From assembly GCA_002313635.1 (NCBI GenBank), contig DCBY01000005.1, forward strand, positions 1-51,012: 51,012 nt of DNA. The letters run 5' to 3'. This DNA is from Fusobacteriia bacterium UBA1095. GTDB lineage: Bacteria > Fusobacteriota > Fusobacteriia > Bac17 > UBA816. Below the pieces are notes generated by a model, which was given only the letters and a program-made list of their open reading frames with translations, had not been told where the DNA came from and ran no database searches. The translations under genes and the position numbers were made by a program. This document shows, one piece after another, positions 26,917 to 36,144 of the stretch (within the stretch, counting starts at the first letter, position 1; every line of letters starts with the position of its first letter).

Positions 26917-27839
26917 AAATTCCCCAAATAAATTTTTATTCTATTTATAATTTTATCTGAACTTTCACTTATTGAAAACCCTGCCGCTTTTTTATGACCA
27001 CCACCACCAAATATAGAAGCCAACTTATTAACATCTACATTGTTCGATCTTAAACTACCTTTAAATTCACTTCTATGCTCTTTTAAAAGTAGAAATATGT
27101 CATATCCTTCTAACGTTTTCATTAATTCTATTATCCCTTCACAGTCTTCATATTTAGCATCAAGCGTCTCAAGTACATCCTTATTCATTACAAAATAGCA
27201 GAATTTTAATCTTTCAATTAATATGAAGTTTTGTAAAACATATCCCATTAATCTTAAATTTTTGATCTTTCTTCTGCCAAATAGGTTTTTTGATACTAGT
27301 TCATGATCTACGCCATAAAGCTTTAATTTTGCTAACTTGTTAAGCGTTGTACTATTTACTTTACCCCATGATAAATTGCCAGTGTCGCTCATAAATCCGT
27401 AATATAGACACAAAGCTATTTCAGAGTTAATTTTGAAATTATTATTTTCAAATATATCAAATAAGATTTCAGCAGTTGAGCATGCCTCAGTATTTATAAA
27501 GTTACTAATTCCAAAATCATTCTTACTTACATGGTGATCAATATTGATTAAATCTTTGTAAACAATTCCTTCTTTTGCTACCCTATCAATGCTTCCACAG
27601 TCAACTGATATTAGGAGATCAACATCATAGCAGTTATCAGCATCTGATATTGTGATTTCATTGACATCGAAGAAATTAAAATAATCTGTCAAAGGCTCAT
27701 TAATGAAAAAATTAACTTCTGTATTGAAATTTAAATTAATTGTTTTCATCAGCGCCAATCCAGATCCTATTGCATCTGGATCTGGATTAATATGGGTAAC
27801 TATACCTATTTTTTTGTAATTACCTAAAATGTCTAACAA
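26913..27839 (-). CDS. nrnA: DHH/DHHA1 phosphoesterase (NrnA-like)
   Basis: THINPDPDAIGS, VDCG, IDHH, SDTG, GGGHKKAAG; TTG start. Confidence 0.92.
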   Translation of the reverse strand: MLDILGNYKKIGIVTHINPDPDAIGSGLALMKTINLNFNTEVNFFINEPLTDYFNFFDVNEITISDADNCYDVDLLISVDCGSIDRVAKEGIVYKDLINIDHHVSKNDFGISNFINTEACSTAEILFDIFENNNFKINSEIALCLYYGFMSDTGNLSWGKVNSTTLNKLAKLKLYGVDHELVSKNLFGRRKIKNLRLMGYVLQNFILIERLKFCYFVMNKDVLETLDAKYEDCEGIIELMKTLEGYDIFLLLKEHRSEFKGSLRSNNVDVNKLASIFGGGGHKKAAGFSISESSDKIINRIKIYLGNL

Positions 27840-28477
27840 TCTATTTTACCCCTTAGTATTTTGCCTGTTAAATCAACTACAATACCGGTAGATATAGCCG
27901 ATACTATAGAAGCAATAACATTTTCAACTGGGAATACAAGGCTAGAACTTAGGACTATTAGTATTTTATTCAAAGATACTGCAGAGCCTATGCTTAGCTT
28001 ACCATACCAGTGGTTCATTATCTTAGCTAAGATGTCCACTCCTCCACTGGAACCAGACATTAAATTAGCCCCACATATTCCGATTCCGCTTGTTATACCA
28101 GCAAGAATTGCAGCTGTCCATATAGACATTTCTGGAATATCTATAGGCAACAGTAGAAATAGGCTTGAAATGAGAATAGTAAAAAATGGTAATACCAGTG
28201 TACTATATAGCGATTTTAGAATAAATTCCATACCAAATATTTTGTACGAAAGAAGTAATAAAGGGCAATTGATAATAACATATATGATAGGTACTAAGAT
28301 ACCCTCATCACCTGATAAATTCATCAGGTGATAGAGTACCATAGATATGCTCATAAACCCACCAGAAACAACCTTGTTAGGGATTAAAAAGATAGCATGT
28401 GAAATCCCAACTAATAATATGAATAGATTAAATAATAAAAAAGATTTAAAGCTCTTTTTTACTATCTTCGATTTCAT
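27833..28477 (-). CDS. YitT-family membrane protein (copy 3)
   Basis: SGG..IS, NCPLL, GSSGGVDILAK; multi-TM. Confidence 0.85.
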   Translation of the reverse strand: MKSKIVKKSFKSFLLFNLFILLVGISHAIFLIPNKVVSGGFMSISMVLYHLMNLSGDEGILVPIIYVIINCPLLLLSYKIFGMEFILKSLYSTLVLPFFTILISSLFLLLPIDIPEMSIWTAAILAGITSGIGICGANLMSGSSGGVDILAKIMNHWYGKLSIGSAVSLNKILIVLSSSLVFPVENVIASIVSAISTGIVVDLTGKILRGKIDC

Positions 28478-29118
28478 TACTTTTTGCCCACCAACAACTT
28501 AAGAGTAAGATCTAAAGAGTATGCAACAATAATTACTACAGCTATGCCATATAGGGTACCAGATGCTCCCAATATAAATAGAGAAGCAGCTAATATAATT
28601 AAGTTAAATAGTCCTATTGAAAGACCTAAACTTATTCTAGGTACATACTTATTTAGTACTTGACCTAATATGTCAGTTCCACCTGTATTTGCTCCAGAAT
28701 ATATTGTTAAAGCTACTCCCACTCCCATAACTACTCCTCCAAGTAATATAGCTGTGTACAAGCTAGGTACATAATTAGCTACCACTGAGGCGAATAAGAA
28801 ATTTATAACCATTATGTATATTGGATAAGCGAAACTAGCATATACAACTTTTAGTAGATACTCTAAACCGAAGACGTAATATGCAGCTACGAGTAGAGGT
28901 ATGTTGTACATAATAGCTATAGAGCTTATTAAGTTGTTTGCATCACCACACAGGCCTAAAGCATTGTACGTTAGTAAAGCAACACTATATAGTCCTCCAG
29001 GTGGTATGTTAACTTTAGAAAAGAAGAATACAGCAGGAATTGCTGCAATTATGCATCCTAAGTTAAGTATTAAAAAATTCTTCATCATACTGTTATTATT
29101 CATTTTGTTTTTTTCCAT
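28477..29118 (-). CDS. YitT-family membrane protein (copy 2)
   Basis: PGGLYSVA, NIPLL, ANTGGTDILGQ; multi-TM. Confidence 0.85.
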   Translation of the reverse strand: MEKNKMNNNSMMKNFLILNLGCIIAAIPAVFFFSKVNIPPGGLYSVALLTYNALGLCGDANNLISSIAIMYNIPLLVAAYYVFGLEYLLKVVYASFAYPIYIMVINFLFASVVANYVPSLYTAILLGGVVMGVGVALTIYSGANTGGTDILGQVLNKYVPRISLGLSIGLFNLIILAASLFILGASGTLYGIAVVIIVAYSLDLTLKLLVGKK

Positions 29119-29142
29119 AAAAAACCTCCTTAGTTAAACAGT

Positions 29143-29787
29143 TTACTCCATGTCTACTGCTCTTTTATTGAAGCCGTACCATAAAGTTACATCTATAAAC
29201 CAACCCGTTAAGATTATTGATATAACAGAAGCAATAGCTCTGTCTATACCAAACATTATTGCTGAGACAAGAGTTAAAGCTAAATTAGTCAATGTCACAC
29301 CAAGTCCCAAACTTATTTTTGGGTAGTATCTATTTATTATCTTTGCTACAGTGTCTGCACCCCCAGTACTTCCACCTAGACCCATTATTATTCCTATACC
29401 TACACCTGGAATTAAGCTTCCTAATATAGTTGCTACAAATATGTTGCTTTCAACTATGCTGTAGTTTATATATTTCAAAAAAGCCCCCATTAGTAGCATG
29501 TACAGAGGTAGAGTAGCTGTTGCATAGAATGTCTTATTGAAATACTCTTTGCTAAAGTAAAGAAAAGAATATAAAAACAGAGGAGCATTCAGCAAGAAGG
29601 CTATTATAGGCACATATATACTGCCATCATCCTTTAGCCCAAATAGGTGAGTTAACACTATGGCAATACCATAAAGCCCACCTGATGTAATTGTTGAAGG
29701 TATCAGATAAAAAATATCTGCTATTGGCATTAAGGCCAAAGTTAAGTTAATTATTAAAAAATTTAAAAGCTTCTTTTTTCTATCCAT
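29143..29787 (-). CDS. YitT-family membrane protein (copy 1)
   Basis: SGGLYGIA, NAPLF, GSTGGADTVAK; multi-TM. Confidence 0.85.
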   Translation of the reverse strand: MDRKKKLLNFLIINLTLALMPIADIFYLIPSTITSGGLYGIAIVLTHLFGLKDDGSIYVPIIAFLLNAPLFLYSFLYFSKEYFNKTFYATATLPLYMLLMGAFLKYINYSIVESNIFVATILGSLIPGVGIGIIMGLGGSTGGADTVAKIINRYYPKISLGLGVTLTNLALTLVSAIMFGIDRAIASVISIILTGWFIDVTLWYGFNKRAVDME

Positions 29788-29788
29788 A

Positions 29789-30148
29789 TTAAATCTCCTT
29801 AGTTAGATTTGCTAAAATTCCATTTACGAACCTGAAAGAATCATCGGTTCCATAAATCTTGGCCAATTCTATAGCTTCATTTATGGCTATCCTGTGATTT
29901 AGTTCATCATACTTTATCTCATAAACAGCCAAAATTAACAAGCTTTTTTCAATGTCACCTATCTCTCTAAAGTCCCATCTTGAAGTGTTACGCTTTATAA
30001 TCTCTATTATACTGTCCAAATTTTGCTTGATATTATTTATACCCTTTTCCACATATTCGGTCTTAGGAGTACCAGGATTACAATTTGGATTAGATAGTAA
30101 TTGGAAAATTAGTTTAAATAGTTCTTCTCTCTCTTTTTTTCTAGACAT
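29789..30148 (-). CDS. nusB: Transcription antitermination factor NusB
   Basis: SRKKERE, IAINEAIELAKIYG, FVNGIL. Confidence 0.96.
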   Translation of the reverse strand: MSRKKEREELFKLIFQLLSNPNCNPGTPKTEYVEKGINNIKQNLDSIIEIIKRNTSRWDFREIGDIEKSLLILAVYEIKYDELNHRIAINEAIELAKIYGTDDSFRFVNGILANLTKEI

Positions 30149-30152
30149 TTAC

Positions 30153-30326
30153 TTAATCTCTGGATATCCATTCTGATATTTTTTCTCTATTTACTATGAA
30201 CAACATCATAGTACCCAAAACAACAACAGTACTTACAACACCTTGAGTTACTATTAGAATTCCCACAATGAACCCAGCTAGTCCAAATACAACAACTTTC
30301 TTGTTTATTTCATCTATGAAGTTCAT
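30153..30326 (-). CDS. Small membrane protein, 57 aa (DUF2273-like); not in the ORF track
   Basis: MNFIDEINKKVVVFGLAGFIVGILIVTQGVVSTVVVLGTMMLFIVNREKISEWISRD*; fills the gap between asp23 and nusB, where DUF2273 proteins typically occur. Confidence 0.75.
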   Translation of the reverse strand: MNFIDEINKKVVVFGLAGFIVGILIVTQGVVSTVVVLGTMMLFIVNREKISEWISRD

Positions 30327-30328
30327 TC

Positions 30329-30718
30329 CTATTTCTCCTTTTTACCTTTCTCTCCATCAGAAGGAGCACCTTCTTCAGAAGGCTCTATCCTCACTTTGTC
30401 AACATAGACGTTGACAGAGTGAATTTTAATGTCAAGCATATCTTTTATGTCTTTCTTAACATTGTGCTGAATCTTTCTGGCAACTTCACCCACTTTATAG
30501 CCATGTTTCACTGCTATGTTTATATCAATTACCCTATGCTTGTCATCATCAATCTTGACATAGATACCTTTTTGAAATTGCTTTTTACCTAGCATTTCAC
30601 TTATTCCTTCAACAACACCACCTGAAAGCTCGTAAACTCCGTCCACCCTCATGGTTGCAGCACCGGCTATACTTGATACAACATCATTGGTTATTTTTAT
30701 TTCACCAGTATTTGACAT
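30329..30718 (-). CDS. Asp23/Gls24 family protein
   Basis: GEIKITNDVVSSIAG, VDGV, GIYV, VARKIQHNVK, VNVYV. Confidence 0.92.
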   Translation of the reverse strand: MSNTGEIKITNDVVSSIAGAATMRVDGVYELSGGVVEGISEMLGKKQFQKGIYVKIDDDKHRVIDINIAVKHGYKVGEVARKIQHNVKKDIKDMLDIKIHSVNVYVDKVRIEPSEEGAPSDGEKGKKEK

Positions 30719-30751
30719 AAAAATATGATTTCCTTTCTTGTATTAATCAAG

Positions 30752-30781
30752 ATTCTACCACAGCACATATTTGTTTGTAAA
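30752..30781 (-). promoter_or_regulatory. Putative promoter of asp23-DUF2273-nusB-yitT operon
   Basis: TTTACA-N18-TAGAAT with a TGTG extension. Confidence 0.6.
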
Positions 30782-32953
30782 TCAGTATATAGGCACAAAT
30801 GCAATTATATTCTGAGGTAGCAAAGTTATATTTTGGTATGCTATTTTAAAGGATAGCTTATCTATTTGTGAATTATTATTTATAAGTACAGGTATTTCAC
30901 TACCCTTTGCATTAATTAATTTTTCCTTTAGCTCAACTTTCTCCTCATTGCTCAATTTAGAAACATCAATTAAAATTCCAAAATTGTAACTTTTACTAAA
31001 CAGCTTTTGACTCTCTTTAATTAGGGAGAAATATTTTTTAACTAATATTTTCTCTTCTGCTGTTAATTTTAGTCTGGTTTCAATGTCTTTTATACCCAAA
31101 AATGGTCCCTTTTCTCGCTCTCTAATTATCTGTTCTGCTAGTCCTTCTACCATGACAGATTTAAGCCCTTTAACAAGAAGGTTATTTTTTACAGAGTAAC
31201 CTTTGTCTGACCAATTTATGTCAGGCTCTAGCATTTTACTTTCAAATGAAGTTACTAAGTTGAACTCTTTTTTGAAATTGGCTTTAAAGTATGCCATATA
31301 ATAAGTGAGATAGGCATATGCTATCGCATGTGACTTTGGGAATGAATAATCTTTGAATTTCATTATTAAATTTAAGTCAGACTTGTCTATCGGTATCTTT
31401 TCTAAGTCATCATTCCTTCCCTTTCTTAATGCTCTGATAATCATTTCTGAATCTTCAATATTAATTCCCTTTTTAGTTAAGAGTTCAATTAGTTGTTCTT
31501 GATATACTATAGAGTTTTTTGAACATATATCTTCAATGTTTTGAAGAGCTGCTGGTCTATTGATAGCTAAAACTCTTGCAAGATCTTCTATGCTATTAGG
31601 TTTTATATGTTTTATTATATCTCTTGCTGTAATTGATTCTAACTGAAATATGTTCTGTGTATCTAAAGAGTTTATAATTTTGTAAGCTTTACTGTTATTT
31701 AATTCCAGTTCAGCAAGATTAGTATTTGTTATCTCTAAAAGCATCTTTAGTAAAGTTAATGTTTTCAAGGGAAGTATATCAATTTTTATTCCTTTTAGCT
31801 CCTCTATCTCTTCTAAATCTAAATCAATAATTCCATCATTTACTGTAGCAATCTTAGTTATATTATTTGAAATTATTATTCCCACAGGGTGTTTTATTTT
31901 ATTGCATATTAAATTAGATATTTTTGGGGAGAGTTCTTCAATTGATTTAATATCTTTTACAACTCTGCTCAGGGCTATTTGAGCTGACTTTAAAGTGAAT
32001 TTGGAATAAGCTGATATCTCCCAAGCGTTATATTTCTTTTTTATATTTTCTATCAATTTGCCTCTTTTATTATGTTCTACATCTATATCAATGTCTGGTA
32101 AGCTAGCTCTCTTTCTATTCAAAAATCTTTCGAACATCAAATTATACTTCAGCGGATTAAATGCTGTTATTCCCAACGAATATGCTACATAACTTGATGT
32201 TGCTGATCCCCTACCTGGACCTACCATAATGTCTAAGCTTTTAGCTAAATTTACGATATCAGAGACAGCCAAGAAGTATGAGCATAATTTCTTGTCATTT
32301 ATTACCTTTAACTCTCTATTTATATCTTTTTCATTGTCTGCTGATAGTAATTTTTGTTCTAAAATACTCTCATCATTTTGTATGCTGTAATTTTCTATCT
32401 CAGGAAAGGAGATGTTTACCATAGATACTATTTTTTCCATATTCTCTATAGCTTTCTTAGATACGTTCTCTTGAGTTAGATGATAATCATTTTTGTCCTT
32501 ACATATTTTCCCTTTGATGGCTGAAGTGTAGGCTAAATATGTCTTTTTATCCTCTTTGTTCAAGTATTTAATATAAGGAGTAAAGACCTCTTTTTCATGT
32601 TTTCCTTCTACAGATGAGTGATAAAATACTTGTTCTCCCTTAATTATTTCATCATTCATTATTATCTTAATTATCTCTTCATCGTTTACTACATTATCAA
32701 GATTGTTATTTATTATCTCAGAATATTTATTGAAGTTAGTAGGTATCAAAAGCATTAGTGTGTTGCCTAACTGTTTCTCAAAAACAAATATAGGCTTGAT
32801 ATTTTTCTTTTTAGCTAATTTGTAAAAATTTACAACTCCACTACTGCTATTACCGAAATTGACACCAACTGCCCTTTTACTAATTGATGTTATTTCATCT
32901 AAGGTTAGTATACTGTCTAAACTAAAGTCAGATTTGCAATTTAGGAAAATCAT
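30782..32953 (-). CDS. dnaE: DNA polymerase III alpha subunit, strongly shortened (723 aa)
   Basis: VGPGRGSA, FERFLN, LPDIDID, KIDIL, FQLES, YQEQ, FPKSHAIAY, PDIN HhH region; degenerate PHP. Confidence 0.92.
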   Translation of the reverse strand: MIFLNCKSDFSLDSILTLDEITSISKRAVGVNFGNSSSGVVNFYKLAKKKNIKPIFVFEKQLGNTLMLLIPTNFNKYSEIINNNLDNVVNDEEIIKIIMNDEIIKGEQVFYHSSVEGKHEKEVFTPYIKYLNKEDKKTYLAYTSAIKGKICKDKNDYHLTQENVSKKAIENMEKIVSMVNISFPEIENYSIQNDESILEQKLLSADNEKDINRELKVINDKKLCSYFLAVSDIVNLAKSLDIMVGPGRGSATSSYVAYSLGITAFNPLKYNLMFERFLNRKRASLPDIDIDVEHNKRGKLIENIKKKYNAWEISAYSKFTLKSAQIALSRVVKDIKSIEELSPKISNLICNKIKHPVGIIISNNITKIATVNDGIIDLDLEEIEELKGIKIDILPLKTLTLLKMLLEITNTNLAELELNNSKAYKIINSLDTQNIFQLESITARDIIKHIKPNSIEDLARVLAINRPAALQNIEDICSKNSIVYQEQLIELLTKKGINIEDSEMIIRALRKGRNDDLEKIPIDKSDLNLIMKFKDYSFPKSHAIAYAYLTYYMAYFKANFKKEFNLVTSFESKMLEPDINWSDKGYSVKNNLLVKGLKSVMVEGLAEQIIREREKGPFLGIKDIETRLKLTAEEKILVKKYFSLIKESQKLFSKSYNFGILIDVSKLSNEEKVELKEKLINAKGSEIPVLINNNSQIDKLSFKIAYQNITLLPQNIIAFVPIY

Positions 32954-32959
32954 ACTACA

Positions 32960-32968
32960 ATTGTATCA
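32960..32968 (-). promoter_or_regulatory. Extended -10 promoter 6 nt before the dnaE ATG (leaderless-type)
   Basis: TG-A-TACAAT-tgtagt-ATG with no correctly spaced SD. Confidence 0.6.
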
Positions 32969-32977
32969 TCTATTCCT

Positions 32978-33712
32978 TTAGGAAAATATTAAATAGGATA
33001 AGAAGAGATTAACTACTATTATAGCGACTATGGAATAAGCAACAGAATCTGTTGTCGCTCTGCTAACTTCTGTACTACTACCTCTTAGAAAAATTCCTTT
33101 GTAACAAGATATAAATGAGATTACAAAACCAAAGGCAATAGTTTTTGATACTCCTCCAATAACATCCATTTGTCTAAACATTTCAGAAGCTTTTTCTAAA
33201 TATGCTCCATATGATATATCATAGAAGAATACCGCCATTATGTAGCTACCTAATCCACCTGCAAAAATAGATATCATAGTTAAAAATGGTAGCATTATTA
33301 TGCTAGATAAAACTTTTGGAGCAACTAAATATCTAATTGGATTTACTGCCATTAATTTTAAAGAGTCAATCTGATTAGTTATATTCATACTTCCTAACTC
33401 TGCAGCCATTGCTGATCCCATTCTTCCAGCGATCATTATTGATATAACAACTGGTGATACTTCTCTTGCTAGTGAAACCATTACCATACCACCAGTTAGT
33501 GTTTCAGCACCAAATCTTCCCAATTCTGGTACAAACTGTAAAGTTAGTACTAGCCCTAAAAAGAAAGATACAACTAAAACCATAGATAGTGAAAGGGCTC
33601 CAAAAAAATAGATCTGATTTACAAACATTGACCTTTTGTATCCCTTTTTGTCTGTAATTATTTCGTAACATCCTATAAAAATATCTTTTGTATACTCTAC
33701 TATTCTACTCAA
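32978..33712 (-). CDS. mlaE: MlaE-family ABC permease
   Basis: REVSPV, AGRMGSAMAAELGSMNITNQIDSL, NPIRYLVAPK, VSRATTDSV. Confidence 0.93.
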   Translation of the reverse strand: MSRIVEYTKDIFIGCYEIITDKKGYKRSMFVNQIYFFGALSLSMVLVVSFFLGLVLTLQFVPELGRFGAETLTGGMVMVSLAREVSPVVISIMIAGRMGSAMAAELGSMNITNQIDSLKLMAVNPIRYLVAPKVLSSIIMLPFLTMISIFAGGLGSYIMAVFFYDISYGAYLEKASEMFRQMDVIGGVSKTIAFGFVISFISCYKGIFLRGSSTEVSRATTDSVAYSIVAIIVVNLFLSYLIFS

Positions 33713-33714
33713 GT

Positions 33715-35619
33715 CTAACCCCTTAAAATTTTGTCTATATTACCCACTTTGTTTATAAGGTTTACTAGATAACAAAGCAAAGATAATCTATTATTCATTG
33801 TTTTTTCATCTTCAGACATTACAATTATATTATCAAAAAAATTAGATAAATACACATCCAACCTGCTTATGCCTTTCATTAAATCTTTATATTTATTTAT
33901 CTGGTTAAGTTGTTCAATTTGTTCATAAAGCTCTTTTTCTTCTTTCTTCTTTAACAGTGCTTTTTCAACTGAAGGAGATTGAGCAAGCTTTTTCGCTAAA
34001 TTGAAAGCTCTTAAATATAGCTCTTTTAATGAAGCAATATCTGCATGTCTTATAGCTTCTGCTCTAGAAATTAGATCAGGAATATTATCCCAATACTCAA
34101 TTACTGCATTTACTATATTTTTATCAAATCTCTCTAGCATGTAGCTCTCTACTCTACTTACCATGAAATGTTCTAGATTGGATATGCTTATACTGCCAGA
34201 AGATTTTGAGACATCTGTCAGTAGCTGTTTTACGCTAAGATTTATGTCAAATTTATCTAAAATTTCTATTATCCCTATTGCCTCTCTTCTTAAGAAAAAA
34301 GGGTCTTTAGCTCCTTTAGGTAACTTGCCTAATATATCAAATTGTGCAAGGTTATCTGCCTTATCTAATATGCTTAAGATAGCTCCTTCTGTTGAAGAAG
34401 GTAGTTTGTCTCCTCTAAATCTAGGTAAGTAGTGTTCAAAAATTAGTTTAGAAACATTTTCATCAACTTTTCTATCAACAGCATATATGTATCCAATATA
34501 GCCTCGTAAAGTAGCATACTCTTTTTCCTTAACTACTGATGTAGCCAAATCAAATTTGCTGATCTGAGCAGCATTAACTATTGATTCATCAAGTGAAAAT
34601 AAATTTTTATAAATCTTTGCTAAACCTACTAATCTGCTTTGCTTATCCATCATATTACCTGCACCTTGGAATAGAGATATATTAGGTAATTCTTCAATAA
34701 AGTCTTCTATCCTCTTTTTACTATCTTCTTCTACAAAATTCTTTGCATCATGGAGTCTCGATCTAACAACTTGCTCATTCCCCATTCTTACCAAATTATC
34801 ATCATTATTACTTTCAGCAATTACAAAAAAATTATTGCCTCCAGACATAATACCAGATTGGTGGACTGCTATAGTTTTATTAATTATTTCATAGGGTAAT
34901 TCTAAAAAAGTTTTATCAAAACTGCACATAACTGCTTTAGGGTTTTCTGTATTGTTAATTGCTTCGTAAAATACACTGTTCCTTTCAACTGTGGGGTCTA
35001 CACTTTTATCCCTGGCTTCTTCTGTTATTTTTATTTGTGAAATTGTAGAATAATAATCAGCATAACTATTTACTTTAATATCTCTATTATTGACTTTTAT
35101 TTTATCTGATGATTCTATATTTCCTACTTTAACTTTGATAATTTTGTTGTCATTGAATGCAACTATATATCTAATAGGTCTAAGAAAGTGAATTCCTTCC
35201 CATGACATTTTAACTGGGAAATCTATAGAGGTTAAAGACTTCTCTAAAGCATCTGATAGCTTGTTCTCTAAAGAAATTTTTTCTACTTTATTTACACCTA
35301 TATATTTTTTTTCTCCTTTAATGTCAGTAAAAATGTCTTCTTGTTTGCAACTATTTTTCAATAAAAATTTTTCGCCAACGTGATTTAATTTTCCCTCTAT
35401 AAAGCATAGATCATATGGAGGGCCTACTACTTTGGTAGTGATTTCTTCTTTGAAATCAACCTCTTTAAGATCTACTATAAATCTTCTATAAGTACCTTTA
35501 ACACTTATCTTTTTAGAAAATGAAAAATTACATAGCATATTTTTTTCTAAACTATCAAGTGTGGATTTAAGGCTTTTCGATGGGAAATTTTCTATGCCCA
35601 GTTCGATAACAATATTCAA
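33715..35619 (-). CDS. glyS: Glycine-tRNA ligase beta subunit
   Basis: IELGIENFP, MSWEG..FLRPIRY, GNEQVVRSRLHDA, HYLPRFRGDKLP, KDPFFLRR, NNRLSLL. Confidence 0.95.
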   Translation of the reverse strand: MNIVIELGIENFPSKSLKSTLDSLEKNMLCNFSFSKKISVKGTYRRFIVDLKEVDFKEEITTKVVGPPYDLCFIEGKLNHVGEKFLLKNSCKQEDIFTDIKGEKKYIGVNKVEKISLENKLSDALEKSLTSIDFPVKMSWEGIHFLRPIRYIVAFNDNKIIKVKVGNIESSDKIKVNNRDIKVNSYADYYSTISQIKITEEARDKSVDPTVERNSVFYEAINNTENPKAVMCSFDKTFLELPYEIINKTIAVHQSGIMSGGNNFFVIAESNNDDNLVRMGNEQVVRSRLHDAKNFVEEDSKKRIEDFIEELPNISLFQGAGNMMDKQSRLVGLAKIYKNLFSLDESIVNAAQISKFDLATSVVKEKEYATLRGYIGYIYAVDRKVDENVSKLIFEHYLPRFRGDKLPSSTEGAILSILDKADNLAQFDILGKLPKGAKDPFFLRREAIGIIEILDKFDINLSVKQLLTDVSKSSGSISISNLEHFMVSRVESYMLERFDKNIVNAVIEYWDNIPDLISRAEAIRHADIASLKELYLRAFNLAKKLAQSPSVEKALLKKKEEKELYEQIEQLNQINKYKDLMKGISRLDVYLSNFFDNIIVMSEDEKTMNNRLSLLCYLVNLINKVGNIDKILRG

Positions 35620-36143
35620 TTTGCTTCTCCCATATAACTAGGCATTAACTTTATTATTACTTCTCTATCTAAGTTATTCTCAGGTACAATTTCTATCTCC
35701 TCTTCTATTTGTAATTCTCTTCTTACTTTGTACAGTATGTCTAATACCATCTGCCCTTCTGCACTTCTAAGATTTAGATTTGAAAGTGAAACAGAACTTT
35801 TTTTAACATTCTTTTCTGCAACCTCATCTTTTTTATTTAAGTTTAGGCTGGTAGTTATAGTTGACCCTTTTAAATAAATTTTATCTTCTACTACTGAGAC
35901 ATTTAAAAACACTACCTTTGATTTTGTTATTTTTTTGCTACTCTCTTTCTCAGGTACTTTAATTAATTCTCTAACTAGCTCAAGAGAGCCTTTGCCCTCT
36001 TTTGAAGGAGAAAAGCCGCCTTCTTTTACAGCATAATAGTACATACAGTCTAAGGCTTTTTGTGGATTATTAATGCCTTTCAACACAACTACCTTAAATT
36101 CTGTTGAGCATGAAAACAAAAATGCAAATAACATAAATAACAT
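35616..36143 (-). CDS. Hypothetical lipoprotein between glyQ and glyS
   Basis: MLFMLFAFLFSC lipobox-like start; 1 nt after the glyQ stop and TTGA overlap with glyS. Confidence 0.75.
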   Translation of the reverse strand: MLFMLFAFLFSCSTEFKVVVLKGINNPQKALDCMYYYAVKEGGFSPSKEGKGSLELVRELIKVPEKESSKKITKSKVVFLNVSVVEDKIYLKGSTITTSLNLNKKDEVAEKNVKKSSVSLSNLNLRSAEGQMVLDILYKVRRELQIEEEIEIVPENNLDREVIIKLMPSYMGEAN

Positions 36144-36144
36144 A

